Shown here: positions 47,288-62,026 of the stretch, one piece after another
Position numbering within the stretch: the first letter of the stretch is position 1
Layout of the letters: each line of letters starts with the position of its first letter
NCBI GenBank assembly: GCA_051362555.1
Contig: CM120649.1
Coordinates: 13,640,001-13,704,000 of the forward strand
Direction: 5' to 3'
Length of the DNA stretch: 64,000 bases
Source of the DNA: Lingula anatina
Lineage: Eukaryota; Animalia; Brachiopoda
Position numbers and translations under genes: made by a program
The notes under the pieces: generated by a model
What the model was told of the DNA's origin: nothing
The model's database searches: none
The model's input: the letters and a program-made list of their open reading frames with translations, nothing else

Positions 47288-49937
47288 TAGTCCGGTTGCT
47301 TAGGGCAAAAAAATGGCCAAATCGTGACACAGCGGATAAAAGCACCAAATTTTGCATGTGGGTACCTTTTGACATACTAAATCAAATTAGAGCCGTAGCC
47401 CACGGAAAAAATTTACCGTTTGGCCAAAAAATCCAAAATGGCCGCCAATTTGTGAAATTTTGTAGAAATATATACATATCTATGTTGATTTTTATCAAAT
47501 TAAGTATTTTCTCAGTGTTTTCCACATCCTTATTACCCATATTATGCATATGTGTCAGATAACAAACTAGTGTCCTTGGACTTATTGAAAAATCCAAGAT
47601 GGCCGCCGTATGGCATAGGAATACTAGAACATGTACAAGGGTTTTCAACTAACTAATGCCAACTAGGAAGATGCATTGCCCACTATCTAATTAATTTTGT
47701 TTCTTATTACACAAATAATATATTTGTGGGGAGTAACTAACCTTTATTCACAGGCAATTCGAGAAAAATCCAAGATGGCCCCCATATCAAAGGAATACTA
47801 GTATACACATAGGGCTTCTTCTGCCATGGAGATATAATATTAATTGATAAATTAGGTTTGTTTCTGAGTATTTTCCACATCTTTTTAATTAACGTAATAC
47901 ATATGTGATGAGAATGTTATGTGTATCCTTTTTAAAAACAAAACAAAACAAAATGGCTGCCATTAGCCGTAGAAGGTGGGGTTCAGTTAATACCTGTGAG
48001 AGATAGGCTTACAAATAAAATGAAGCTGAATTCAGTTGTTATTCTTTTTTTTTTAGTATTATTATCCCATGACACATATCTGTTAGGTAATTAATGTCCA
48101 TATTTTATCATTTTGGGGAAATCCAAGATGGCCTTCTTTTCCTCATAGGAAAACTGGTGCATTAGATTTTATAGGCACTTCTAAGGCAAATGAGGGTAAT
48201 CATGATATTTTTTCAAAATACTTAAGGGTATACACTTGTTACCCACCAGATAGATATCTAAAAGTCCAAAAAGAATGTGGGAAATACCGAGAAACAAAAT
48301 TCATTTTATATTGAACCCAATGTTTCTCTGGCAGTAGTTGACTGTACTATTCCTATTGTGAATTGCAGCAATCTTGAATTTTCTCAAATATGCAAGATGC
48401 ACACTTGCTACACACCAGATTTATAAAGAGTAAGGTTAATAAGGATGTCAACATGTTGAAAAATCAAACGGCTTTATTTGAACTGTTCTATTAATTGACA
48501 CCTATGTGCATTTGAATGATATATTCCTATGACAACTGGCAGCTATCTTGGGTTTTCTCCGAATAATACTCAAGGATATATACACTTTCAAAACACACAT
48601 AGTCTTTCATAGGATATGAAAAACATTTAAAAACGACCCAAAGTTAACTACATTTAAATCGTACTCGGTGTATCTCTAGCATTATTTGATTATGTGTTCG
48701 AATATTCTAATGACAAAAGGCAGACATCTTGAATTTTTTCAGAATACCCAAAGATACACACATGCTACAGACCAGGTATACATCATAGGGGTAATAATAA
48801 ATGGAATGAAAACCATAAATTATTTTTAAAACAAACCCATGGAAATGTAATTGTATAATGAACCATATGCCTCTCTAGCAGCAATTGAAACCCACCCATT
48901 AGTATTCCTATGTTAAATTGTAGGTATCTTTTTCTCAGATCCAAGGATACACAGTATTTACCCACCAGATATATATCATAGGACTAATAAGGATGGGCAA
49001 AACTTGATAAGCAAAAACAAATTCACCCTGGTAGTAGATGAAAAGCCATGGATGTGCAGTTGTAATTCCAGTAGTATTCCTATGGCCAGTGACGGCCATC
49101 TTGGGTTTTCTCAAAATGATCAAATATGCACATTTATTACCTGCTAGATATGTATCACAGTGTAATAATAATGTGTAAAACACTAAAAAAATAAACTGAA
49201 TTTGATAGTGAATTAGCTGGCATTAGTTCCAACCCTTTGTAATACTAGAAGTATTCCTATTACATATGACGGCCATCTTGGATTTTCTCAAAATGCCCAA
49301 GAATACTGTTAGTTACTAACCACATACATATTGTTTGGGTAGAAAGGATGTGGAAAACACTCAGAAACCAGCTTAATTTGATAGTGAAAAACTAATCTTT
49401 CCAGTTGCCATTAGTTGAATTCCCCGTATACTAGAATTCCTGTGGCACATGGCAGCCATCTTGGATTTTCCAAAATGCCCAAGAACACTTCGTAGTTACT
49501 CACCACAAACATATTATGTGGGTAACAAAGATCTGAGAAACAGACTTAATTTGATAGTGGACAACGTATCGTTCTAGCTGGTAATAGTTGTGCACTAGTA
49601 TTCCTATGGCTGTTTCTATGGCAAATGACAGCCATCTTGGATTTTTTCAAAAAGTCCAAGGGAACTTGTTTGCTATCTGACATATATGAATAAAATAGGT
49701 AATAAGGGTGTGGAAAACTCTGAGAAAATAATTTATTTGATAAAAATCAACATAGGTATGTACATATTTCTAAAGAATTCAATAAATTGGCGGCCATTTT
49801 GGATTTTTTGGCCAAACGGTAAATTTTTTCCGTGGGCTACGGCTCTAATTTGATTTAGAATGTCAAAAGGTACTCACATGCAAAATTTGGTGCTTTTATC
49901 CGCCGTGTCACGATTTTTTCCTTAAGCCACCGGACTA
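47288..49937. mobile_element. Non-autonomous long-TIR (foldback) DNA transposon, Academ-like by inference
   Basis: TAGTCCGGT...ACCGGACTA termini with AAA on both flanks and >300-bp inverted arms. Internal repeats of CCAAGATGGC switch to GCCATCTTGG across the middle. No transposase ORF. Confidence 0.85.
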
Positions 49938-49944
49938 AAATGAA

Positions 49945-50827
49945 TACATTAATTAACAAACCAATTAATCAATTAATTGACTTATTAATGCCAATTGGAT
50001 CATTGATTAATACTCAATAGTCACGCGATATAAATTAATTGATAAGTTATTAATTTTTTTTAGAAAAATATTTATTAACCATTTTCACCACATTTTATGG
50101 CAATCAGAAAAATAAGTATTACATTCAGCTTTTTATTATAATTTTGGTTGCATTTTATGAAATTGTCCCTTTGTGGTTTTAATGCTTGTGTTTGGAATAT
50201 AGCGTTGTTTTGTTGTTTGAATTATGTTTTACGAAGTAAGATACTATTCATTGCATCATTTATTTTTTTATTTTCATTTATTTCTGGAGATCAAAGAAAT
50301 ATGCTGGTAGCTGTGTACAGATCTATAATGAAATATAAATCTATTTACAATTACGAACGTTTCGCTATTTCACAAGAACATAAGTTTCCAAGGAATAGTA
50401 ATGAAAAAAATGTTTCAACATAAACCGTTCTTTTTGACCAAAGCAATTGTATTGCAAATACGCACTGAGGATTTATCAAGCTAGTGCTGTGACCATGATG
50501 ATCCAAAATGGCGGATCGATATGGACTGGTTAAGGGGTCAATAAGCTTCAGTGTTGTGAAGAATTGGAAAATGTTAAACTTTTCCTAACGATTCCCTGAT
50601 GAGTTAAAAGGGATAATTGACATTGCAACGTTCCGCCCTGATGATAAGTTGCTGTAGTATTCAATCTCATTCTCTGCCCCCCACCTTCCCCTACCGTATG
50701 TTTGTTATTATGAGGTAATAGAATATAGTTTCAATATTGTGTGAGAAATGAAAGGTTTAAACTCAATCGTTACCAATAGACAACGCCAATGGATTCCCAT
50801 CAGAATATTTGAAGTGCGTGATACAGA

Positions 50828-50858
<31 letters not shown>

Positions 50859-52300
50859 TAGCTTTCACATAGCTTCATGAAGCCCGGCTAATTATTTGTG
50901 TTTTACGATGAGACAGACATGATGGAGGGGGGGGGGGTTTGAGAAGGGTAATAAGGCTATGCATAAAGAGATATATGAATAAGCACAATTGTGATTGGTT
51001 GGTTTGTCGCGTGCCACGTATAGTACGAAGAATGGTACGCTAAGTGCTGGAAGTGTGATGAAGCAGACTTGCTCTGAGAAGTCTCATTATCCGATCTGAC
51101 TCCAGTTATTAAAACGAGGTAGGCCAAAGTGTATCTTACTTTAACGGTTAAAATGCTGTCATCAGTGTGACTCTCAGTTTTAATGAATAATGATGGTGAT
51201 ACCTTGAGCAAAAATGTTCATTAGCTTGGTTGTTGGATATACATAGGTTGGATATACCAGGTTGGCCGTAAGCTAACGGTATGAAAAAAATTGAGGCTTG
51301 TGTTTGAGAATTTCATGTATATGGTGATACCTTATCGTGAAACACCAGGAGAAGAGTCAACATTTTATTATCTATATAGCCAGTCATGGATGCCTGCCTA
51401 TGCTAATTTTAACCCTGTACGTATATAAAATGAGACAGGGTTCACTGTCCATACATGTTTATTTTCATTTATTCAATATGAATCGATATGAATCGATACA
51501 GTATTTATTGTTTGATTTGGTTTTAAACCAACATCCTTATTATGTTCCTTAAAGTGCAACTTGGTAGGTAAAACCAAACTGTAGACTATGCTGAAAATAA
51601 AGCTGACAATCTGACATACAACATTAGTCAAAAAGGTTGTCCCACCCCCGGGGCCCATTTCCATGTACTTTTATTTGCAAATGATCACCTCACAGCTGTA
51701 AATTGTTAGAAATAGTGCTTTTTATTACGGATACCGTGTCTAAAATGATTAATGGTTAAAAAATACAAAATAGTGGTGAAAATATACACATTTGATGCCA
51801 TTTAGTAAAATGTATAAGAGGTACCCCCTCAAATCCACTGTTTCACTGTGAACTGTGACTTGTAAAGAAATGTCTATTAAATTGAAAAGACGCCATCAAA
51901 TGTCTCCAAATCCACACACAATTAGCATTAGGGTGTCCTCGTTAAATATCACGTGCCTAACAGCGTGTGCGTCTACAGCGTAGTGCAATTATCTCCTGTA
52001 GACGGTGCGACAAGCCTTCAACTCAGCTTTTTAATATAATTTTGGTTGCTTTTTATGAATTTGTAGCTTTGTGCTTTTTACTGCTTGCGTTTGGAGTATA
52101 ACGTTGTTTTGTTGTTTAAATGAACCAAGATGTATTTCGAGGTAAGATACTTTTCTTTGCATCATTTATTTTTATTTATTTCTGGATATCAACAAAATAT
52201 GCAGGCATCATATAAAATATCTACTTACAATTATCAACGTTTCGCTGTTGAACTCGTAGCTGACAAGCATTATAAGATTCACAAGAAACAAATTTTCAGC
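49945..52300 (+). repeat. Segmental duplication unit, second copy at ~56430-57795 + ~62030-63000
   Basis: Colinear blocks (CATTCAGCTTTTT..., TCCAAAATGGCGGATCGATATGGACTGG, GTGATTGGTTGGTTTGTCGCGTGCCAC, TATGAATCGATACA). The second copy is split by a 4.2-kb insertion. Confidence 0.85.
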
Positions 52301-53387
52301 GGAAAAGTAGTGATAGCAATGCTTCAACATAATCTGTTCTTTTCTTACCAAAGCAGTTGCAAAATGCGTCCATCTGCAAAAACTCCGCTCTATTTGTAAG
52401 CCGCATTTTGCAACTGAACGCATTTTGGAGCCGGTTACAAAATGCGGCTTTACACCAGCTTTATGAATCCCCAGCATTTCTTTCTCCCCGACATCTACAT
52501 GTAACTGGACAGTTGACCGTTTCAAATAATTCAGATTTCAGACTTTGCGACCTTAAACGTTTTCATTAAGTATATAGGCCAGGGGGGTCTATCTTTTTAA
52601 ACGACCGAGACATTCTCGAAATATTATGCTTCATATCAATAGAAAAGCTTATTATGATAGCTTGTTATTGCAAGTCATAACATTTATGTCATAATTGCAT
52701 AAGAAATACTTACTACTTTAGCACGAATAAAGGAATAGACGGTTTGTTAAACATATTAATGTACACCTAGTGTGGAGCAAAATTAAAACCTCTATGCCTA
52801 GTAGAGTTATCTACCTACAATGGAAAGACATACATGTACATCCTTGCTACTGTGTACTAGCCACATCTATAAACCTGTGCCGTCAATCAAATCACACATG
52901 GTCAGCTTTATGTCCTAGTTTAAAGGCAGGCAATGTGTTTATTGATAGACTTCGTTTGTCTTATACATGCAGTGCCTTAGACCATGATTTAACGTCCAAA
53001 TATTGTCATTTTTAATCGTCCTGAAATCTGAAAAATCTCAAAACTAAATGGGTAAAACAAAAAACTTGCTTTATGCTTTTCGTCACAGGACCGGAGCTCT
53101 TGAAATAAAGTAAATTATTTATTGAGTAAATCTCACGGGTATCTACGAGAACATCTGAAAATAACAGCTTCATTCAACTCCAACGGGATATAATACGCAC
53201 TATCATGTGAGAGAGTAATGTTACTCCGCCCCCCCCCCCCCACACACACACACCCCATTGCAAATACACGCGTCACTCTCGAAATCATGGTCTAGAATGA
53301 AACATCATATAGACTCTTCGCCTAATTTCCACATCCAAACAGAACTGAAACATGTTTGGATACAATGTCCCATGAAGTGGTAATATA

Positions 53388-54869
53388 CAGACTTGACATT
53401 TAATATGGAATATTTCATTTTGAAAGGTATACCTTGGTAAAAAATGCGTTCTTTTTTCAAAAAACTAAGATCTCCCATAAGATATCGGACTGGAGAAGTG
53501 TCTAGTCAGGTGTGTCGTTACCAATTAACTGACTACTATGTCTGTTGCACTGCTACATTGTGTGACATGCAGTAATTTAATTGGGTAGTGCTCCTTTGGG
53601 CTGGTCAAAGCTTGGGTTTGGCGAAGCATGGTTCTACTAAAAAATTATTCATATGTCGGCAACTGCTGCATCTAAGAATTTGCAATTTTGCATGCAAGCG
53701 GTCGGTTTTGCAGTGGGTAAAATGAGTTAAGCAGTGTTATACAAAATTGTTGATCTGTGCCAGAATGGAGCGAAAAAGACAGTTTAGAATGAGGGGCAAA
53801 TTGTCAGCAAAACGCGTTTTTCAAGGCATTTAACGGACACCATACTGGTTTCAGTAGGTTAGGATACAAGACGACCTCTGAGTAAGCCACTGTAAACAGC
53901 AAAACAGCGTTGTCTGTTTCTCTAATGAATTGGTGGCCATGACCGTTTCTGGGTAGAACACTGAAACTGCGTGGATTTCTTTATTGAGGTCAGATTTCAC
54001 CCGTACTGCCCAATTGGTCAAAACAGAGTATATAAACATCCTGAAGAGGCCTTCGACGAAGCGTGTGCTGCTTCTAAAGTAACTAGGGTCATTGACAGCA
54101 CCAGTATTTGGAGTAGATACCACATTGGTGCCAAAGCACCAATGGTAGTCATCGACGAAAACCTGAACCAGATTAAATAAAGGAATAATCTGGGGACCAA
54201 TGTGGTATCATTTGATACTGGGCACCTTAGGAACAGTTTTAGGTTGCACGGTGAGATTGCCGGTTCACACAGAGCACTTTTAATAGCAGATAACTTACAG
54301 AACCAAGGGAATTAGCAGATACCTTGGTCATCAAAATCGCCATTTTTGAACCACATAGACAATGTATGGGTGGGTCATTACTCGTCAAATCAACGGCCTA
54401 CATGTCCTACAACAAAAACTGAACCAAATTGAAGAAGTTTTGACTGTTGCCTGAAATTTAATTCCAGATTAAACTCTAAAAACCTATCCCAAGGAATTCC
54501 TTGCCGCTTGAAAGCTCTGGTAGCGGCCAGATGAGGTCAGGCATAACAACAAATGTTGCTGTGACTAGACACTGATATGAGGGTCCTTTGTGGGGCGTGT
54601 AACTCTTTTAAAGACAATAGTTTGGAAAATATGGAGATCTAAAATATCGTTTTCAATGGTTGTCGTATGACTTAGAATAGGCAATGTATTTTTGTTTGCT
54701 TCACTGGCGGAGTCAATTGATGAACTGATGTCAAAATGACAATAAAGAGATTATTAAAAGTTATTAAAGCACGACTGTAATCCTTATTTTCATTTATCAG
54801 TCACCAAAACAAGAAAAAAACTGATGATTTATCATTTGGAAAAATATTCCATATTAAATGTCAAGTCTG
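53388..54869 (+). mobile_element. Tc1/mariner element, degenerate (family 1, copy 2)
   Basis: Same TIRs and TA TSDs as 19300-20962, with an internal deletion of ~180 bp. Confidence 0.9.
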
Positions 54870-55537
54870 TACTATGAAGTCTTCTAAGGGTCCGTATTTT
54901 TTAACCAATGAAGTCGCCTTCTATCATGAAGTAGTAATTCTTATCCTATGAAGTGGTAATATACTATGAAGTATCTTAACATGCGTTTTTAAAAGCTCTC
55001 CCCCCCCCCTCATCATTTGCAAAACAATGATTTTAAAATAGTGTTGTATTTGCAGCTGGAATGTGTAACGTCTATATTGAGGGAAAATATATATTGGTAT
55101 TTTAAGTTTGTGACAGAAATGCTGAACACCATAATAAATAGTCATATAATTTACTACTATGCAGAGAAGATGCCTCATTTTCTTTCGAATGGGAAAGACT
55201 AAATACAAGTTTTATTTCACTGTGATTGTTTAAAATATATTCATATACAATTAAAAGAATCAAATAAAAATGTTAACTTATCTGGGGTGGGCACTGCTAA
55301 ATCCACGCACATTATAGATAGTAGTTTATGAATAAGGGATTTTTTTTCCTGGACAGTGGTAGAAAGTCCACAAGAGATTGAAACTGAAGCTGAGACTGAC
55401 AGGAGATATTTCTCAACTATTGGAACCTGAAAGATTAACACCCTTTGTCCCATTGTGAAAATTCATCATTTTAAAGTTTTTTAAATAACAAAAATATTTA
55501 CCTGTGTGCTTTTGACTATAAATCAAGTTATTTAGCA

Positions 55538-56205
55538 GGACACAAGTACAAGATTTGTATTTTGATCCATTTTTAAAGCAGAAATAGGGAAATATGGAAA
55601 ATTTGCTATTTGGTTGACGCCATCTTGGATTGTGAATTTTAAAATTTGCATATATTTTTTTTATGTTTGAAAAAAGATTTTAAAAAAATAACTCAAAACA
55701 TTCACTTATAATGTATGACAATATTAGGTGGCTTTGGCCAGTCTATGAAAAATGTATTTGAAAATGGCAAAATTTGGGCATTTTAGCTAAAATTTGAAAT
55801 TTTGGAAATCTGTCATTTTAAGAGTTTTTTTTTCTAATTTTTAGGACTGTTGACTGACTAAATAAAGATATAATATTTACCAGGATACAAAAATGAAATG
55901 TGTGTTTTTATCCATGCTTGTTTAGTTTAAAGCAGAAATAGGGACATTTTGCCATTTGATTGCCGCCATCTTGGATAAATAATTTTAAAATTAGAATAAT
56001 TTTTTGAAAAATGTGTTTGAAAAAAAATTTATTTTTGATTATAAAAGGACAGTACATGTCCTTCCTTATGTAATGTATGGTGATAATAGATGGCTTTGGC
56101 CAGTCTATGAAAAGTGTATTTGAAATTTGCAAATTTGGGCATTTTAGCAAAAATTGGAATTTTTGAAAATTCCCCATTTTCAAAGTTATTTTTCTAATTT
56201 TTAAA
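55538..56205 (+). repeat. Two tandem ~362-bp units (GCCATCTTGGAT / TGGCTTTGGCCAGTCTATGAAAA), probably part of a transposon arm
   Basis: GTCTATGAAA anchors at 55741 and 56103, with colinear flanks. Confidence 0.75.
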
Positions 56206-57828
56206 GGCCACCAAAAACATTTATTTATATGTTTTTAGTTTAAATAGGATATGCTATTTAACAATGTCTGAATTCCGCCATCAAGTGCTGTTACCATGGC
56301 AACCGAGGGTGATTCAAACAAACCAATATCCATTATGTTGGTTTGGGGCTATAATGAACAAATACACCAATTTTCATCAAAATCTGAGAGGTTCATGTGC
56401 CACCCTATTCTGAACGTTACAGAGACTGGTACTTAATTGATTAATTAATTGACTAATAAATGCCGGTTGGATGATTTATTAATATTCGATAGCCACCTGA
56501 CATTAATTAATTGATAAGCTATTTAAATTATCTTTAAAATATTTACCAACCGTTTTCACCACATTTCATGGCAATCAGAAAAAATGAGTCATACATTCAG
56601 CTTTTTGTTATAATTTTGGTTGCATTTTATGAATTTGTGCCTTTATGCTTTTTATTGCTTGCGTTTGGAGTAGGCCTGTATAGAGTTGTTTTGTTGTTTG
56701 AATGAACCAATATGTTTTACGAAGTAAGATACTATTCATTGCATCATTTATCTTTATTTTCATTTATTTCTGGAGATCAAAAAATATGCTGGTAGCTGTG
56801 TACAGATCTATTATAAAATATAAATCTATTTACAAATACCTGAATGATCGTTTTGCTGTTTAACATATACGTGGCTGACAAGTGTTACTGTATTCACAAA
56901 AACAGGAACAGAAGTTTCCAAGGGATAGCAATGAAAATAATGTCTCAACATTAACTGTTCTTTTTTGACCAAAGTAGATGTAGACTACATGTATTTGAAA
57001 TACGCACTGATGACAAATCACGCTGCTACAGTGGCCATGGAGATATAAAATGGCGGACCATGGAGATCCAAAATGGCGGATCGATATGGACTGGTTAGGG
57101 GATCAATAAGCTTTGATGTTGCGAAGAATGGGAAAAAGTTAAACTTTCTCTAACAATTCTCCGATGAGTTAAACGTTAAAAGGGATAAATGACTTCCCTG
57201 ATGATAAATTGTTTGTGTATTCAAAGTCATTTTCTGCCCCCCCCCCCAAAAAAAAAAAAACCCTTCCCGCCACATGTTTGTGAATATGAGGTAATAGAGT
57301 ATACCATCAATATTGTGTAGAAAATGAATTGTTTGAACAAAATCGCCGAAGGATTTCTATCAGAATATTTGAAGATAATGATACAGAAGGGTGGCTAGAT
57401 TTTGTGTCTCTGCAATGGGATCATATGTTTGATGATGTTTAAACCAAGGATCTTCTCCTAACTTCATGAAGCCTGATTAATTATTTGTGTTTGACAATGA
57501 GACAGACATGATGGGAGTGAGATGGGACTATGGTAATAGGGCTATTAATAAACAGAAATATTCAATTGAGCACGGTTGTGATTGGTTGGTTTGTCGCGTG
57601 CCACTTCCATACAGTATGTATCACAAAGGATGGTATGATAAGTACTGGATGTGTGTTATATAAAGCAGTCTTGTTATGAGAAGTCTCATTATCCATTCTG
57701 ACTCCAGTTAGTAAAACGAGGTAAGTGTTATATCAACGGTTAAAATGGTCTTATCAGTGCGACTCTCAGTTTTAATGTATGATGACGCTGATACTTTAGT
57801 GGGAAATACCAGGGGAAGAATAGATGTC

Positions 57829-60800
57829 CAGGGGCGTAACCAGAACTTTAAAAATTGTACGCACAGATTTTTAAAATTCCCAGCAAAAAATAGACTAACG
57901 CAAGAGATGAAGGACAGCGTAATTACAGCATATGTACCACACATCGCAGCTTAATTTCCATTAATAATTACATCATCATTTAGTCAGAAATATTCTCGCA
58001 ATTAAAAAGTTTCAATATTCTTATTACCCAGAACGGTATATTTATTTAAAAGGAGGCTAGCTTTGCATATGTGGAACCCCCTTCTAATAACCCTGAATCC
58101 ACCTCTGAGTTGAACTAACATATACGGTTTCATTCACCTTACATGTGGATGCATGCCTCCCAAAAACAACCAATTGTACGACATGACAGAGCTCTGATAC
58201 ACGTAAGTTTAATTATTTGTTTTAAAAATTGCCCATGTCACCGTGTTAGTTTGGAGGGGTAAGCTGGGTCAAGCCCGTGTCAAAATTCTTTGAAGTTTTA
58301 CAGGAAAAATTCTTCCTTTGATTCTCTTGCTCCTTTTTAAACCTGGAGTCCAGATTTTATCTAGTGCCCCCAGGGTTGCGGGAGCTGCTCTTTGAAAATA
58401 ACACTCAGGCAGATTTTTACCTGAGATAAACTGTAACCCAGCGAGATTGCGTTCGATATTCTCACGAATGAAGGTACAGAAGAGTTGAGGGCCACTGAAC
58501 CCTCCAATTAACCTTTTTCATCTTTTCCGGAAATGAAATTGCATTGTGGGTAGGGGAGCCTTGCTACGTCGAAACACTTCCAGCGGTGCTAAAAACCATG
58601 GCTGGGTTTACGTGCTTTTTGTCCCGCTGCTACAATAACAGTAAGCGAAATCGACACGAGGTTTAATAAGTTCCCAACAAACCCGTTGGAATGAAAAATA
58701 TGGTAGAAAGAAAGAACAATATAGCAGGTTTGGATCAAAAGCAGGGCACCACGTTTTCGCTGAACATTTCGAAGGCGGGAAGGAACTATAATATTAGGAG
58801 ATCATCGGCGCTTTAATAAAAAACAGAAATGCTTAGTAAATCAACGGATATAACGAACTATCGGCAAATAGAACTCGGGAGTAAACAATGCGAGAAAAAA
58901 AATTATAAAGATCTGAAGAAAAAATTGAAGAATAGGCCGGGACCTAAAAATAAAGAAAATACTTCAAGCATGAGATTATGGAAAAAGAAAGTAAAAGTTG
59001 TGAAGTTTTACACGGGGATTCTACTTACAAAAAATTCAAGAACTTTCACGACTTTTTGTGTAACAACAAAGAGAAGGTTTGAAAAGTTTTATATGTAATA
59101 CCCTTTTTGTGTGTGTTTTATTGATAAGTGATCATTTTAAATGTAGTAGGCCTATCACAAGTTTTAGTCTCTCATAACCCTTAGTAGGGTGGGTTCTATT
59201 TTTTTCTAACGTGAGACGTTAATAAATTTTTTATTATTATGTATCCAGTCCCATATACGTATTACTAATTTGTACAATTATATCAAGATCAACAGAGACA
59301 TACGAAGAAGAAAGTACATCGGCTCTTGTTGAACGCGTTATCGGCAAAATAAAAAGTTATTTATTTCTGAACTCAATGACAAGAGAATTGGAAAATTCAG
59401 TGGGCATGTATTTACAAAAAAAAAAAAAAAAAAGCCTTTCTGTAAGCTACACGTACATAATACATGTATGGTAAAGACAAAATGGATAATAAAAATAATC
59501 TAACAACGTATTTGTAAAGTAATACAAATATGCTTAGTATTAAAGTAGGCCTACGTAAATTTAGCTGTCTTAGATAGTTGAAAAGTATGAAATGTGTGGA
59601 AAATTCACACTTTATTTGAATGATTTTATTGCCTTTGATTGAAAACGATGAAAATATGCGTGAATACATTTAAAAATCAAATAATTTGGCCTCTTGCTAT
59701 AATTTTGTTTTTGCCTGACGGTTTTGATTCAGTTCGACAAAATTTTCATACTTGTCAGACCGAAATTCTGACAATTTTTACCTGTCCTAAATTTTTACAT
59801 ATACTAGAGTAACACACGGTAAACTTTAATTATCTTCTGGGAAAGACTCGAGATTTCCTGTCTCACCTATTTAACACTTAAAATTAGAAGGTTTTAATTA
59901 CAGAGGAAAGGTCGTAGTTGTGGCCGCCCCCCTTACCGAACAATTGAACAAGTAATACCTGATGCCGATCTGCGGGTCAGTTTTACCTGTATACACAGTA
60001 GGTACCGGTGTGGCGTGTACCGCTCGGAGCGTGAACAATCCGTTCTGCTCATGCGCACAAAGCGCAGGCAAATCTGAGAGACTTCCGGCGTGTACAGTCC
60101 GTCTCAATAGAGTCATGAATACATTCTTAGTCTTTAATAAGCATGCGCTGTTGAGAACATACTGCAAATTCAAACATAATATTTAGAAGTATTCATATCT
60201 TATAGATGTTCACCTCTACTGTGATTTCCCTCAGGTGGTCATATCAACACACTAACCTAGTAAAATCAGTACTAAAATGGTAGCAAGCAGCTGAATAACG
60301 ACGGCCTGTCCATGGTAGGTTCATCCATGCATCAAGCTGTAATTTGACGCTGATTCTCTATCAAAATTATCAATTAACACATGAACTTTATCCCCATCAT
60401 AGTAAATGTATAATTTGGTAGGAAATGAACTAGCCGAATATAACAGTACAGGTGAGTAATAACGGATCATTCACGGAACGGCTCATACACGCGTCTGCTG
60501 AATGTACAATCGGTCAGGACGGATGGTTCACGCAGAACGGACCGTACACGTGACACCGGTCAAACAATGCAGGGAATCTTTTCATTTTATCACTTCAAAA
60601 ATCTCTTAATGCATCCTTCAAACAAGACATAAAAATCGCAAAGAATTGACACTGCCGGTAAATGAGGTGATATCGCCACAGCTTGCATATATATACATGT
60701 AATATTGTGAAGACGTAGGCCTACGCACCTGTCCACACTCTTGAAAGCTGTGTACGAGTCTACTGGCTATTTTGATTTTATATATAAAAAATAACGAGTC

Positions 60801-62026
60801 TCTTTCGCATATCTTTATTATCGGAAGCATTTAAAAGAACTCTGAAGCTTTAGTTCGTCATCACTATTGACAGTGCAGCCAAGGCTCGGACGCTTAGTGT
60901 TATGTACCTTTACATATACATATGAGATGAATGTCCTAAACTTATATAATTTTGTACGCTTAATTCAAGCGTGGGCTCGAAACAGGACATTACGTTTTAG
61001 ACTTACTTAGTGGATAACGCGATCCAAAGATTCCACAGTTCGTGTCAGATTTACGTAAAGTCGCGCAAAGAAAACCCAAGTCCACATAATGACCAGTTTA
61101 ATGGTTTATTGGTTGACTATGTCTAACTACATCATCTACGTGAAATCTCCAAGCTCTAGGCCGTCTCCCATGGCTCCGTCGAGCGGTCTCCTTCGAGTCT
61201 TCCTCAGTCTGACCCCCGATCTTAATTTTAGACGTCTTTTATACATATTTCTTATCTATAGGTGGATTCGGTGCTGCAGTATTTGGCGGTACATACTAAT
61301 TTTAATTATTCAAATTGCACACGTCCACTTAAGTTACGTGACTACAGGTAAGGCCATAAAACGAGTCGAGTGCACAAGCAATCGACTCTAATCAAATTAA
61401 TTTACATGTCTGGGAATTATATTTGTGAACACTACATTAGGTGAAGTCTAGTTGTACTAGTACAGCGCATCGTATTTAAACTGAGAAAGAAAACATTTAA
61501 TTGCTTGATTCTCCGTCCAAATAGCTGTTTCTTGCCTACAGTTTAGGCATTTCTGTGCTTCAGCCACCTTTTTTAGTTTGACAGAAAGCAATGCACGCTT
61601 CATACGACCTTTTTATATGCGCACCATGTACATCATCTACACCTAGCATTGCCATGCTGGAAACAGCAGAAGACCACCATGACCCCTGTGGCGCGCGGTT
61701 CCTGTCATGCGCACTTCGTATTTCCGCAAAAGATGAAAAAGGTAAAAGAGGTAAAGGAAGTTCCAGCTAGATGGACGATTAAGATAGGACTTGTTAAGGT
61801 TACAGACATTGTTTACCTATGTTTGCAAGACGGGGGGGAGGGGGGTCAGAACAACTTTGCCTATACAATTGATACAGAGGATTTGTACATACAGGTGACT
61901 TTAATAAGCAGAGGATTTTCTTTTATATTCCGTGAAAAATACACTAAATTTATATGAAGTGATATCATGGTTGGCCAATAAATTGTACGCACAGTGCATC
62001 CGTGCGTATGCCTAGTTACGCCCATG
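57829..62026. mobile_element. Composite insertion bounded by hAT-like short TIRs
   Basis: CAGGGGCGTAAC ... GTTACGCCCATG with flanks GATGTC / GATGTT. AAATTGTACGCACAG occurs near both ends. Absent from the paralogous unit at ~51200-51370. Confidence 0.6.
58598..59370 (+). mobile_element. THAP-domain PIF/Harbinger (ISL2EU-like) transposase relic
   Basis: Frameshifted remnants MAGFTC..P..YNNSKRN..KFPT.P...W and EHFEGGK (THAP-like), VKFYTG, and VERVIGKIKSYLFL (compare DDE_Tnp_4 VERxIGxxKxFxIL). Confidence 0.6.
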
